Made by a program: the position numbers and the translations under genes. The notes beneath the pieces were generated by a model. It saw only the letters and a list, made by a program, of their open reading frames with translations. It had not been told where the DNA came from and searched no databases. A stretch of DNA of 63,931 bases, the filler included, from Octopus bimaculoides (taxonomy: Eukaryota): the NCBI RefSeq assembly GCF_001194135.2. It is 6 parts of 6 records of this genome, joined end to end, with 100 filler letters (N's around TTAATTAATTAA, not from the genome) between each part and the next. Parts side by side here need not be neighbours in the genome. Positions count along the whole stretch, not along the records: positions 1 to 27,306 come from NC_069005.1; 5 more parts are not named here. The stretch is one strand, 5' to 3'. Below, one piece after another: positions 1 through 10,280 of the stretch. Positions within the stretch are counted from its first letter, which is position 1, and the number at the start of each line of letters is the position of its first letter.

Positions 1-1
1 T

Positions 2-255
2 TCAATAATACTTGGCACGCCGCCGTTTATCAAACACCTCCTCTTCGTCAGAGCTATAGTCGTGATAATGTTTATTCAATAGTTTCACGCCAACAGTAAA
101 ATCCGCCATGTCATCATCAGTATCATAGTCATTGAAATTTGGAAGCCGACTACTTCCAATCTTGTGAAAACCTTGCTCTCTGTAGCGCTCTTCTTCACAG
201 AACTTCATACACATCAGTAAAATCACAGTCATCAACACCAACCCCATGAGAGCTC
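2..255 (-). CDS. CPD: CPD visible exon 24 (last): end of TM helix and cytosolic tail
   Basis: Acceptor atttcag|GA, phase 1; GALMGLVLMTVILLMCMKFC...GFHKI...DYSSDEEEVFDKRRRAKYY*. Confidence 0.93.
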
Positions 256-416
256 CTGAAATCACAGAGAAAATTGAACTGAATAGTTTGGGAACAGAGA
301 ATATGGTAAGGGACTTAGTTTTAGTTTAAGCATTTGGGTGGGAGGTTTATAATTTAGTTGGGGAAGGACGGACAGTTACTATGACTTTTATAGCAGGTCA
401 GGCACATGCACACAGG

Positions 417-540
417 CAAAATTGATGTAACTGGTACCCAGCCCAACCTTTGCAGTAGACCAAGATTGATGTGACTGATACCTAGTCTTTGTAGCAGGCT
501 GACAAGATTAATGTGACTGGTAGACAGCCTGAACATCCAT
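417..540. repeat. Three degenerate ~42-44 bp tandem units in last CPD intron
   Basis: Recurrent aaRattgatgtRactgRtac at about 417, 461 and 503. Confidence 0.55.
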
Positions 541-807
541 AGCTCAGCATCTGCTCGGTGAAGCATGAATGAGACAAGAACCCAGGTTCTTCTTCAAATT
601 TAGAAGGAGTCTGTTTATGTAATGACTATTAGTATTTAATCTGACTTGTAGTGATGCTAGTCAACATTATGAAACACCAAGTAATCTTTGATTGAGCTGA
701 CTGATTGTGATGATGGTAGTTAAACCCCAGGACAATTTTGATTAAGCACACCTTGGCTTTATACAGCGGCTCATGTGGACAGTTAAGGTTGTAATTTTTG
801 AAAGTTG

Positions 808-1160
808 GCATAGCTGTGTGGGTACGAAGTTCACTTCCAAACTGCATGGTTCCAGGTTCAGTCCCCCCCATATAGCAGCTTGGGCAAGTGTCTATTAAAA
901 CCCTTGTTGACCAAAGATCTGTGAGTGGATTTGGTTGATGGAAATTGAAAGAAGCCCATCGTGTGTGTGTGTGTGTATGTGTCTGCCCCCTTGTCTTGAC
1001 ATTTTGTGATAATTATAAGCCAGTGTCACTGTCATGGAAACCGTGACATTCGTTCCCTGTTGTCAGACATACAACCTTACTTGGTAACGAGCAAGGATTA
1101 AATCTGCTTGAAAGAATTCCATCTGACCCATGCAAGCATGGAAAAGTGGATGTAAATGGA
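808..1160 (+). mobile_element. Degenerate tRNA-derived SINE (family S2 head) ending in RTE-like 3' tail
   Basis: Head gctgtgtgggtacgaag...ggttcagtcc...ttgggcaagtgtc; tail gacccatgcaagcatggaaaagtggatgtaaatg resembles the RTE 3' end at 53697-53745. Confidence 0.6.
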
Positions 1161-1179
1161 ATGTAAAAGAATTACTCAC

Positions 1180-1285
1180 CAGCAAAAAGTATGACAATAA
1201 AAGAAGGAATGCCAAAAATGGTTGATTTCTTTGTCATTCGTACAGCAAGAGTAGCAACATTCTCCCTATAACCAATATGGATATC
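1180..1285 (-). CDS. CPD: CPD visible exon 23: end of repeat IV beta-sandwich and start of TM helix
   Basis: tttcccag|GAT ... GCT G|gtgagt; DIHIGYRENVATLAVRMTKKSTIFGIPSFIVILFA; 106 nt, phase 0 to 1. Confidence 0.9.
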
Positions 1286-1462
1286 CTGGGAAATTAAATA
1301 TATTTATTAAATTTTAATTATTTAATGCATGAAATACAGACAGGCATGCACGCACATTCAATTGAAGCTGTGGTTTCACGTCATCATTTCTACAAATACT
1401 GACAACAATGAAGAATTATTATTTACATTTGACAGATAGTTATCCTCATCTTGTTTGTTGTT

Positions 1463-1508
1463 AACACAACGTTTCAGCTGATATACTCTCCAGCCTTCAT
1501 CAGGTGCC
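1463..1508 (-). ncRNA. Minimal type I hammerhead ribozyme of Penelope-like-element type
   Basis: Minus strand reads GGCAC-CUGAUGA-A-GGCUG-gagaguauau-CAGCU-GAAA-CG-UU/GUGUU: conserved core, 5-bp stem I, 5-bp stem II, palindromic ACGU stem III. Confidence 0.65.
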
Positions 1509-2147
1509 TTGGGGAAATTTCGAACCCAGGTTCTCATTCTCCATATCTCTCTCTCACTCCATATCTNNNNNNNNNNNNNNNNNNNNNNNNNNNNNNNNNN
1601 NNNNNNNNNNNNNNNNNNNNNNNNNNNNNNNNNNNNNNNNNNNNNNNNNNNNNNNNNNNNNNNNNNNNNNNNNNNNNNNNNNNNNNNNNNNNNNNNNNNN
1701 NNNNNNNNNNNNNNNNNNNNNNNNNNNNNNNNNNNNNNNNNNNNNNNNNNNNNNNNNNNNNNNNNNNNNNNNNNNNNNNNNNNNNNNNNNNNNNNNNNNN
1801 NNNNNNNNNNNNNNNNNNNNNNNNNNNNNNNNNNNNNNNNNNNNNNNNNNNNNNNNNNNNNNNNNNNNNNNNNNNNNNNNNNNNNNNNNNNNNNNNNNNN
1901 NNNNNNNNNNNNNNNNNNNNNNNNNNNNNNNNNNNNNNNNNNNNNNNNNNNNNNNNNNNNNNNNNNNNNNNNNNNNNNNNNNNNNNNNNNNNNNNNNNNN
2001 NNNNNNNNNNNNNNNNNNNNNNNNNNNNNNNNNNNNNNNNNNNNNNNNNNNNNNNNNNNNNNNNNNNNNNNNNNNNNNNNNNNNNNNNNNNNNNNNNNNN
2101 NNNNNNNNNNNNNNNNNNNNNNNNNNNNNNNNNNNNNNNNNNNNNNA

Positions 2148-2330
2148 TCTGCCTCTCTCTCTATATATATACATACATATATATATATATATATACATCT
2201 CTGCCTCTCTCTCTCTCTATATATATATATATCTCTCTGCCTCTCTCTCTCTCTCTATATATATATCTCTGCCTCTCTCTCTCTCTATATATATATATCT
2301 CTGCCTCTCTCTCTATGTATATATATATAA
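2148..2330. repeat. Compound (CT)n(AT)n higher-order repeat, ~5 units of about 32-34 bp, next to a gap
   Basis: Repeated ctctgcctctctctctct(atat)n units. Confidence 0.8.
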
Positions 2331-2517
2331 TGCCACACCCACTGGCTTAGTAGGCAGACCAACATTCTCCTTGAGCAGAATATCAGTCCTTCACATGGTT
2401 ACTCATTTACGACTGGGTGTGTGCATGTCTGCAAATATCTGTGTGTGTGTGTGTGTGTGGATAGTTTATTCATGCATTCAAAACCTAAAATGTGAGAAGA
2501 AAGAAAGAGTAAATCAC

Positions 2518-2703
2518 CTTTTCCCAGTCTTCGTAACCCTCTGCTGTTATAATCACCATGTATGATCCTGGTGGTAAGTAGATCCAAAAGAGGCCATCCT
2601 CACTTTTGAAAGTAGTTTTTAACTTGTAGATCTGGATACTCACATTACCAACCAGAAAACCAGTGGAATTATCCACTATTATCCCATGAATTCCCTGTTG
2701 CAC
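2518..2703 (-). CDS. CPD: CPD visible exon 22: repeat IV transthyretin-like subdomain
   Basis: ttatcag|GTG ... AAG|gtgatt; VQQGIHGIIVDNSTG...FWIYLPPGSYMVIITAEGYEDWEK; 186 nt. Confidence 0.93.
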
Positions 2704-3321
2704 CTGATAAAGTAGGGGAAAAAAAATACAAGTCATTGGATTGGAGTCATGAAGGGCTTGAGAAGGGTATGGGTATAGCCCCTTTAAGATAAGGCCCATA
2801 GAAGGGGTGTAGGGGTTTTCAGTAGTCTATGGTCAACCCTATTATTTAGTCTGATATTTATATCATTGATTTCTGTTGATTGAAAGGCCACATAGTTACA
2901 TAAAACAAATATAAATTTGTGCATACACAATCCAACCACATGGTCACAGGTTCAGTCTAACTGCGTGGCACTTTGGGCAAGTGTCGAGGCTATAACCTCA
3001 GGCCAACCAAAGCCATGTGAGTGGATTAGGTAGATGAAAACTGAAAGAAGCCTGTCTATATATATATATATATATATAGAAATATGCTGTGTGTGAGAAG
3101 ACCCGGCAAGCCAAGTGAGACCTAAATCTAAGGCCTCAGCCAGTCCACTTATGCGTACCTTCCTTCATTGGACACCAACGAGGGTAACCTCTACACATTA
3201 GCTTCATCTGCTAGAAATAGCAACCAAATCTCCTTCAAATCCTAATTTACTTTCTTGAGTCCATCTTAATCATATCTGACCCAGAGGGGTTATGGTAGGG
3301 TGACTAAACAGACACGCTCAC

Positions 3322-3456
3322 CTCCTTCATTAGCTCAATCAATGGTAAATGATGTTTCTTCCAGATTTGTAAGAGTTCTTCTTCCGGAGGACGGTAACAA
3401 CATCCTCCTAAATAAACGCTTACAGCTGGACACTTGTTTGTCAGTGAAGAATAATC
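3322..3456 (-). CDS. CPD: CPD visible exon 21 (repeat IV)
   Basis: ttttgcag|GAT ... GAG|gtgagc; DYSSLTNKCPAVSVYLGGCCYRPPEEELLQIWKKHHLPLIELMKE; 135 nt. Confidence 0.92.
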
Positions 3457-3739
3457 CTGCAAAATAAAGATTTGTAAAACATGAGTAGCAGTAGTAGTCC
3501 AGTGACCATTCCTGACACTCAAAGACAAAGGAACATGCAATGAGAGAAAGACCAAGACAGATACAGGGTATATAGGAGCAGGGTATATAGCACAGAAATA
3601 TGGTATTATTATGGAAATAGAGTAATACATCTGAAATAAAATAACCCAGGTGTGTATAATAGACATAAGGGTACACATAACTAATATTGGGTATATTTAA
3701 TGGAAACAGAATGTTTAATAAAAATATAGTGTGTCATCA

Positions 3740-4240
3740 TCATCATCATATTTAATGTCTGTTTTTCCACGCTGGCATGGGTTGGACAGAAATTGGCAAG
3801 TTGGAGAACTGCACCAGGCTCCTTTTATTTGTTTGGGCAAAAGTTTCTATGATTGGATGCCCACAAGGGGCTACACACAGAGGGGACAAATAGATTAAGT
3901 TGATTATATTGACCCAGTGCGTAACTGGTACTTATTTAATTGAACCTGAAAGGCAAAGTTGACCTCGGCAGAATTTGAACTCAGAACGTAGTGGCAGATG
4001 AAATACTGCTAAGCATTTCGCCCGGCGTGCTAATGTTTCTGCCATCTCACTGCCTTGGGCAAAAGTTTCTATGATAGGATGCCCTTCCTAATGCCAGCCA
4101 CTTCAGAGAGTGTACTGGGTGCTTTTTATGTGGCACCAGCAGCAGTGAGGTCACCAAACAATTCATAAGGCAAGGCCCCTTAACTGAGGTGGGGTGGGGA
4201 GTAGAAATGAGGGAGGTGGCTTTGTGCCAGGTGATGAGAG
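3740..4240 (-). mobile_element. RTE-tail-type repeat interrupted by a full S1 SINE (3862-4056) with a 29-bp target duplication
   Basis: tgggcaaaagtttctatgatWggatgccc at 3834-3862 and 4056-4084 flanks an S1 SINE in minus orientation. Confidence 0.75.
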
Positions 4241-4781
4241 GCTATAGAGTATGGGGAGAGGGATAGAAATGGATGTCTTGCAGTAGAGAAGACACATGGA
4301 TGATGATGTGACAGGACATACACATGTTAAATTGCAGGTAGGTGTATATAAGTGGAACCAAAAGGTGATTGGATAGGTTTTCATGATTGCAAAAGGAAAG
4401 TGGGAAAGGGACATACAACTGAGAAAGTGCACAGAACATAGAAACAGGGTATACAAACCTGAAATAAGGTTTGTACAATGTAAATAGGCTACGTATGACA
4501 AAAATAGTCATACAAGCTGCAGAAAAAACAAAAAAAAACCTGCCAAATTCACCATTCTTAGTTGTGTACATCCGTGCCTTTGAACAGAGATGCCTTGTTT
4601 GTTCTGCCTCACACTGCACAGACTCCCCTACCACTGTCGCTACTGTGAATGTAGCAAGCCAGTGATTTGCCCCATTGGAAACCTGTCACCAATGGGATTG
4701 TTGTACACAAAATGTGAAATGAAATGAAATTAAGAAAAAAATAAAATAATTTTTTAGAAACCCAATAAAATGGAAACTTAC

Positions 4782-4846
4782 CAGTAGACTTCCAGTGTGG
4801 TTGTTGATTTTAGAGGCCACAACAACATTGCTGCTGTATTTCTTGG
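4782..4846 (-). CDS. CPD: CPD visible exon 20 (repeat IV)
   Basis: tttttacag|CC ... CTG|gtaagt; AKKYSSNVVVASKINNHTGSLL; 65 nt, phase 1 to 0 fits neighbours. Confidence 0.85.
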
Positions 4847-5214
4847 CTGTAAAAAAAAGACAGGACAGAACAACATAAACCTTCACCCAAAACCAGGAAT
4901 CAGAAACTGTTTTGTTTTGTATCGATCCAATTTCATTTCTCTTTAGATTTGCTCATGGCCTATGTAACATAACTTCTCATCATTTAGCATCTATTTTCTC
5001 ATACTTGCATGGGCTGGATGCCCTTCCTGTTGCCAACCCTTTACCTGTTTCCAAGTGAGATACTATTTCCCCACAGCCAGAACGTTTCCGTGGTAGATTG
5101 GAAACAAAGGACAATAGCTTCCATGACAGTTACACTTATCTGCAATTATCATTGTGATACCAAGATAAGGAGACAGTAACACACACACTATATATATATA
5201 TATATATATATATT

Positions 5215-5240
5215 TTGGGTTGGTGCATAATTATTGCAGC
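5215..5240 (+). mobile_element. Solitary mariner-type terminal inverted repeat in (TA)n
   Basis: ttgggttggtgcataattattgcag resembles the Hsmar1-type TIR ttaggttggtgcaaaagtaattgcgg; no partner seen. Confidence 0.4.
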
Positions 5241-5305
5241 TCTTCTCCAACAAAAACTATAACAATCCATCATCACACAAGTAAATATCAATTTGTGGAC
5301 CTTAC

Positions 5306-5416
5306 CGTTTAAATTGGAACTGCAATTAGAGTTTTGGCGGGGATCTGATGCGATGTAATTAACATAATCATTGGCAAAACGTTTCTGAAAATTCTTGTAT
5401 GCACTTTCGGCATGTC
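5306..5416 (-). CDS. CPD: CPD visible exon 19 (repeat IV)
   Basis: attatcag|GA ... AAC G|gtaagg; RHAESAYKNFQKRFANDYVNYIASDPRQNSNCSSNLN; 111 nt. Confidence 0.85.
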
Positions 5417-5635
5417 CTGATAATTGTGGAAAAGAAAAAGAATATAAAATCAAGAATAATTGGAAGGGAAAAAACAAAGGATAAAACATTTGGAGAAAAA
5501 TGTTTCATTTCTGGTGGTGTTGGAAGAAATTAATAATACTAATTAACACATACAAGTTTCATTTGTTCAATCAACAATAGCAATAAATAAAATGATTGTC
5601 AAAATAAAGCCCCGCCAAGGACCTGATATACATAC

Positions 5636-5785
5636 TGTTTGTTTCACTGTCATAGTAAGGGTAAGCAGCCACAACTGGTTCTCCTGCCCTCAATACAATT
5701 GTTGCTGTTATTGATTTTCCTTTCATCCATTTCATGAATGACCCTGTTTCCGGTTGTGCATGTGAGGGGCCGTTTCCTTCTGTAA
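5636..5785 (-). CDS. CPD: CPD visible exon 18 (repeat IV)
   Basis: ttcttcag|TT ... AAC A|gtatgt; ITEGNGPSHAQPETGSFMKWMKGKSITATIVLRAGEPVVAAYPYYDSETN; alternative acceptor at 5779 possible. Confidence 0.9.
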
Positions 5786-5922
5786 CTGAAGAACAAAAAG
5801 TAAAAGATTTTAAATTTAATGATTACAAACAGACGAATGACTTTCTAAATGTATAAACAATATATGTATGTAGGTTCATAGATAAATAGGTAGACAGATA
5901 GGTAAATGTATTATATATATAT

Positions 5923-6115
5923 CCTCATCGTTTAACGTCTGCTTTCCATGCTAGCATGGGTTGGACGATTTGACTGAGGACTGGTGAACCAGATGGCTAC
6001 ATCAGGCTCCAATCTGATTTGGCAGAGTTTCTACTGCTGGATACCCTTCCTAACGCCAACCACTCCGAGAGTGTAGTGGGTTCTTTTACGTGCCACCAGC
6101 ACGAAAGCTGTGTAT
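5923..6115 (-). mobile_element. 5'-truncated copy of the RTE 3' UTR/tail
   Basis: Near-identical to 53700-53880 (catcgtttaacgtcYgctttccatgctagcatgggttggacgatttgactgagg...). Confidence 0.85.
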
Positions 6116-6201
6116 ATATATATCATCATCATCGTTTAATGTCCGCTGTCCATGCTGGTATGGGTCGAGTTCAATACCCAGCAGCATGTTGTGCCCTTGA
6201 G

Positions 6202-6549
6202 CAAGACGATAATGCACCAATTCACACAGCTAAAGTTGTTACTGAATAGCACGAGGAACATTCTAGTGAAGTTGAACATCTTATCTGGCCACTACAGTCC
6301 CCAGATCTCAATATTATTGAACATTTATGATGAATTTAAGAAAACAAGTAAGGAGTCGATATCCTCCATCTTCACTACAAGAACTGGAGACTGTTTTAGC
6401 TGAAGAACGGACAAAAATTCCTTTGCAAACAATTCAAACTTTGTCGAGTCCATACCTCGTAGAATTCGAACTGTAATTACTGCCAAAGGCAGTCCTAAAC
6501 CGTATTAAAATAAATTTTAAGATGTTTCCATTATTTTGTCCAACCCCTG
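6202..6549 (+). mobile_element. Tc1-like transposon 3' fragment (decayed DDE transposase end plus right TIR)
   Basis: QDDNAPIHTAKVV...WPLQSPDLNIIEHL...IPRRIRTVITAKGSPKPY* with stops and frameshifts; ends ttttgtccaacccctg|TA. Confidence 0.85.
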
Positions 6550-6645
6550 TATATATAATTCATTACACATAATGATATTTTATGTATATATAATTTATTG
6601 TATATAATAGAATAGTGTAGAAAGATTAGTATTTGAAATCCTTAC

Positions 6646-6781
6646 TTTTGAAGTCAGTGTCTAAGTCAACGTTGTTGGCATTTTTAATTCCATCTTTGCC
6701 GTCGCATTTAGTCTTGTTTGCTTTTTCAGCCCCATCAGGGTTGAGTGAAGGCACCAGATGTATCAAACTGTTCTGCAAGAT
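6646..6781 (-). CDS. CPD: CPD visible exon 17 (repeat IV)
   Basis: ttttccag|ATC ... AAA A|gtaagg; ILQNSLIHLVPSLNPDGAEKANKTKCDGKDGIKNANNVDLDTDFK; 136 nt. Confidence 0.94.
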
Positions 6782-6934
6782 CTGGAAAATGAAAATTATA
6801 TAAGACACCAGAGAATAAATGAGTTACCATATTTGATGGCATTAAAGGTGCATAGGTGTATCAGATGTACCCCCAATTTCAGTAGTGCAGATTCAGGTAA
6901 AACATTTCTCAATGCATTAAAATATATAATGTAG

Positions 6935-7210
6935 TGTGTTCGATTCTCTGACTGGGCTGTGTGTTGTCTTCTTGAGCATTATATTTTATTTCATGTTGCT
7001 CCAGTTCACTCAGCTGCAAAAATGAGTTGCGACGCCACTGGTGCCAAGCTGTATCAGCCCCTTTGCCTTTCCCTTGGATAACATCGGTGGCATGAAGAGG
7101 GCAACTGCTGGTCTTGCATATACAACCGTGCCTGGACTTATGTCTTGGAGGGTAACTTTCTAGGGGCAATCCCATCATCATTCATGACCGAAGGGGGTCT
7201 TTACCCTTTT
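6935..7210 (+). mobile_element. SINE family S3 copy
   Basis: Core gtcttcttgagcatt...tgttgctccagttcactcagctg; reverse-complement similarity to 39953-40290. Confidence 0.7.
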
Positions 7211-7321
7211 ATAAATTGACTAAAAAGTAATGAAACCATTGCCCCAACATAGAGGTAAGTGGAATGGGCGAGGTGACAATCTAGTGAATGAAACCAGTGA
7301 AAAAAGTCAAAGAATACTTAC

Positions 7322-7514
7322 AGATGTGACAATGTAGTCTTTACCAAAATTCTGACAGAGATGTTGGGAAAGTTGGAGAAGAATCTCTCGACCTGCTGCT
7401 TCATTACCATGGATGTTACCAACAAGTAAAATCGTTGCTTTGGGTTGTTGTTTTATAACTGTCTTCCCTAAGGTCAGCAAAAAGAGCTCCCTTTGCTCAG
7501 ATGACTGTCCTAGA
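7322..7514 (-). CDS. CPD: CPD visible exon 16 (repeat IV, HGNE motif)
   Basis: ctgttag|T ... TCT|gtaagt; SLGQSSEQRELFLLTLG...LVGNIHGNEAAGREILLQLSQHLCQNFGKDYIVTS; 193 nt. Confidence 0.95.
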
Positions 7515-8618
7515 CTAACAGGCAGAAAGAAAAGAAAACAAAAGTATATAAATAAAAATATGAAATAATCTCAGGTTCTTACCGTGCCTTGGGGGAACAA
7601 CAAAAGCCTACAAGTTTTGTTTTTTTTTCAGATGACTTTGAAAGTATTTCATTATGGAACAAAAAGTATCCATTTTCTCCGTTGCCTGCCTTCCATGTTG
7701 GCAGGGGTTGGAGAGTCTGACAGGAATTGCTGAACCAGAAGACTGCATTGGGCCCCAGTGTCTGCTTTGGCATGGTTTCTATGGCTGGATGTGCTTCTTA
7801 ATGCTGATCACATTACAGAGTGTACTGGGTGATTTTTTTTTTTCTTAACGCCAGAACTAGTTGGGTCACCAGATAACTTGCAAGACAAAGCCCCTCAACT
7901 AAGTGGGGTGCAGTATTGAGGGAAGTGGCTTAATACCGGGTGATGAGGGGTTAAAGTCTGGTAGAGGGACAGGAACAGGTGTCATACTGTGGAGGAGATC
8001 CATAGCTTCCCCAGCTGGAATAGGAGAAAAGATGGAGGTGCTGAGATTACCGGTATTCTGTTAATGAAGCATCTAGCTGAAATAATAACTGAAACATATC
8101 CAGAATGTTCAGGATCAACTTCCTTTTGTTTCTTCCCTCCTAGGGGCTTCTGAGTCATCAAACCCTTTCATTAAACGTAACTGAGTTATCTCCCTTGCTT
8201 GAATCAATGCAGTGAGTCTCTATATGGTTGTTTTACATGCTAGAAATATCAGTCAAATTTCCCTCAAATCACATCCAATTATGTTAGAAAAAGGGTTTGC
8301 TTCATCAGGGCTGACATGGGGCTAATTAACAGCAACAATATCAATGATAATGGATATAGGGTTGATTAATTAATTAACCAAATTATTGTGCTCGTTACAT
8401 TAAATATACTTGTGCATATTTTTCTATGAAGAAATTTGCTCGTCTTTTTTCATATGGAGGAGAAATAAAAAAAGATAAAATAAATAGATAAGAAAATCAA
8501 AGATTAAAAAATTTATAAAAATGAACCAAAACCACCCAACAGAAAAACTAATAAATAAAACAAAAATTAAAACAAGAGGGAAAAATTTATTGAAAAATAT
8601 ATCTAATGATTTACTGAC

Positions 8619-8787
8619 CTGGTGTAGGAGAAAATTCTAGAACAGCTTTTATTCAAATTCTGGATAAACTTGACCATTTGATCATAGTTATGATAAGTGA
8701 GCGTTTGTAACTGAACCAACATTTCAGCAGTGGTGGTCGTTAATTGACTGGGGTGTATGGTCACCTGTTTGGTCATTTGGCTCTTGC
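8619..8787 (-). CDS. CPD: CPD visible exon 15 (repeat III/IV junction)
   Basis: ttttacag|GC ... AG|gtcagt; GKSQMTKQVTIHP...TLTYHNYDQMVKFIQNLNKSCSRIFSYT; 169 nt. Confidence 0.92.
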
Positions 8788-9165
8788 CTGTAAAACAGGG
8801 AAAGCCAGTATTTATTGGATAACCCAATATGTAAATAGATCTAATCAAGTTCTCTATAATAATTTCTTTTCTTCTCTTCCACCTCTCTCAGCACAGTCAC
8901 TAGTTTCTCTTTCCCAACATAATAGAGAAAGGAAACAAATAAAAAAATATATATATTTTAAGAATTTTATTTATTAAGATGAATGAATAAACATATGTAC
9001 ATACATACACACAGGCACAAACCTACACAAATGTATACAGATATGCTATATCTATACACATATTTAATTAAATCTTTGAGTAGTCCTTAAGTAAGGACCC
9101 AAGTATTTCACTTGAGCACTCTCACTGCCAACACATTCACAAAAGATAACAAGAAATATTATTAC

Positions 9166-9318
9166 CTGGAGCTGTTACTGTTAAAGTATGCAGGCCTTCA
9201 GTTGCCATGATATAAAAGTCCCCATTTTTATCAGCTTGGAATGGTTCAGAGCCACCATCAATGGCTATAGACGCACCAGGCAGTGGTTTGTTCTGATAAC
9301 TCACTCGGCCTAATACAC
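9166..9318 (-). CDS. CPD: CPD visible exon 14: repeat III transthyretin-like subdomain
   Basis: ttttatag|GT ... CCA G|gtaata; GVLGRVSYQNKPLPGASIAIDG...NGDFYIMATEGLHTLTVTAP; 153 nt. Confidence 0.92.
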
Positions 9319-9718
9319 CTATAAAATGTTCAGGGTAAATTTAGTAAGAAACATCTGTCATTGTATGTATGTATGTATGTATGGTGATACAAACATGAAA
9401 GCAGAACTCAACATAAATGTGTGTGTATAGGATCTATTTAATAGTCAGTGATGGTCAACCACATGTGTAGGGTTCTGTTCTATTTCTAATTATTTTGGTT
9501 TATAAGCTCCTGTTCTCTACTGAGATGTGTGTGTGTGTGTGTATGAGAATTTAATACCGCTAAGCATTTTTCGCCTGGCGTGCTAACGTTTCTGCCAGCT
9601 CGCCGCCTTGAGGGTGGTCAATATTATCAACTGAAAATCCCTGAAGGTGCTCTAGTATGGCCACAGTTTAATGACTGAAACCAGTAAAAGAAAAGAAAAA
9701 AACAGTGCTGTAGCTTAC

Positions 9719-9827
9719 CTTGAGTGGATTTCATGAGGAAGTTCATTAAAGGCTGGACATTACTTAACCAAATTTGACCAATTTGAGAATATGGTGGATA
9801 CTCACAGCAGGCAATACGCATGGCTAG
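9719..9827 (-). CDS. CPD: CPD visible exon 13 (repeat III)
   Basis: cttcacag|CTA ... CAA G|gtaagc; LAMRIACCEYPPYSQIGQIWLSNVQPLMNFLMKSTQ; 109 nt. Confidence 0.92.
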
Positions 9828-10280
9828 CTGTGAAGATTACAAATATTTAACAGGTTAAATCGTTTGAATAAATATTTCAATGAATAATTACAGCAAACAT
9901 TTTGCAATCAAAAATGCTCCATTAAAACTTGCTCCTTCTCGCCTTCCATACTTTTACATCCCTCAATAAATTAAGTACCAGTAGAAAGGATTATTATTAT
10001 TTATGCTGAATCATCAACGCTGTCCTACTAAAACTATGTGTGTGAGTATAGAGTGATGTAGTTGTATGGTGGACCAGTGGTGCAATAATATCCATCAAAT
10101 TGAACCATGAAAACAGTGCTGTCATCAAGACTGATTCTTCAGAACAGTTCCATCTTAAGGATTGGAAAGTCATGGTTGGAGCATCCTTTTTGATGAAGAT
10201 CTGTTTGATCATTGATGACACAAGACTAAATAATAGAACATATAAAATGGCTCTTCCTTGAAAAAAATGGATGTTAAAAC

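Noticed and set aside
1451-2565. Long ORF-track entries full of X, and similar ones near 21900, 37000, 45900, 50300 and 55800
   Set aside because: They run through N gaps and dinucleotide repeats; no coding evidence.
4242-4700. 130-aa ORF between CPD exons 20 and 21
   Set aside because: No M14 similarity, and exons 20 and 21 join in frame without it.
7579-7773. ORF ending at a GTAAG donor-like site near 7582
   Set aside because: No carboxypeptidase similarity; exon 15 joins exon 16 directly in phase 2.
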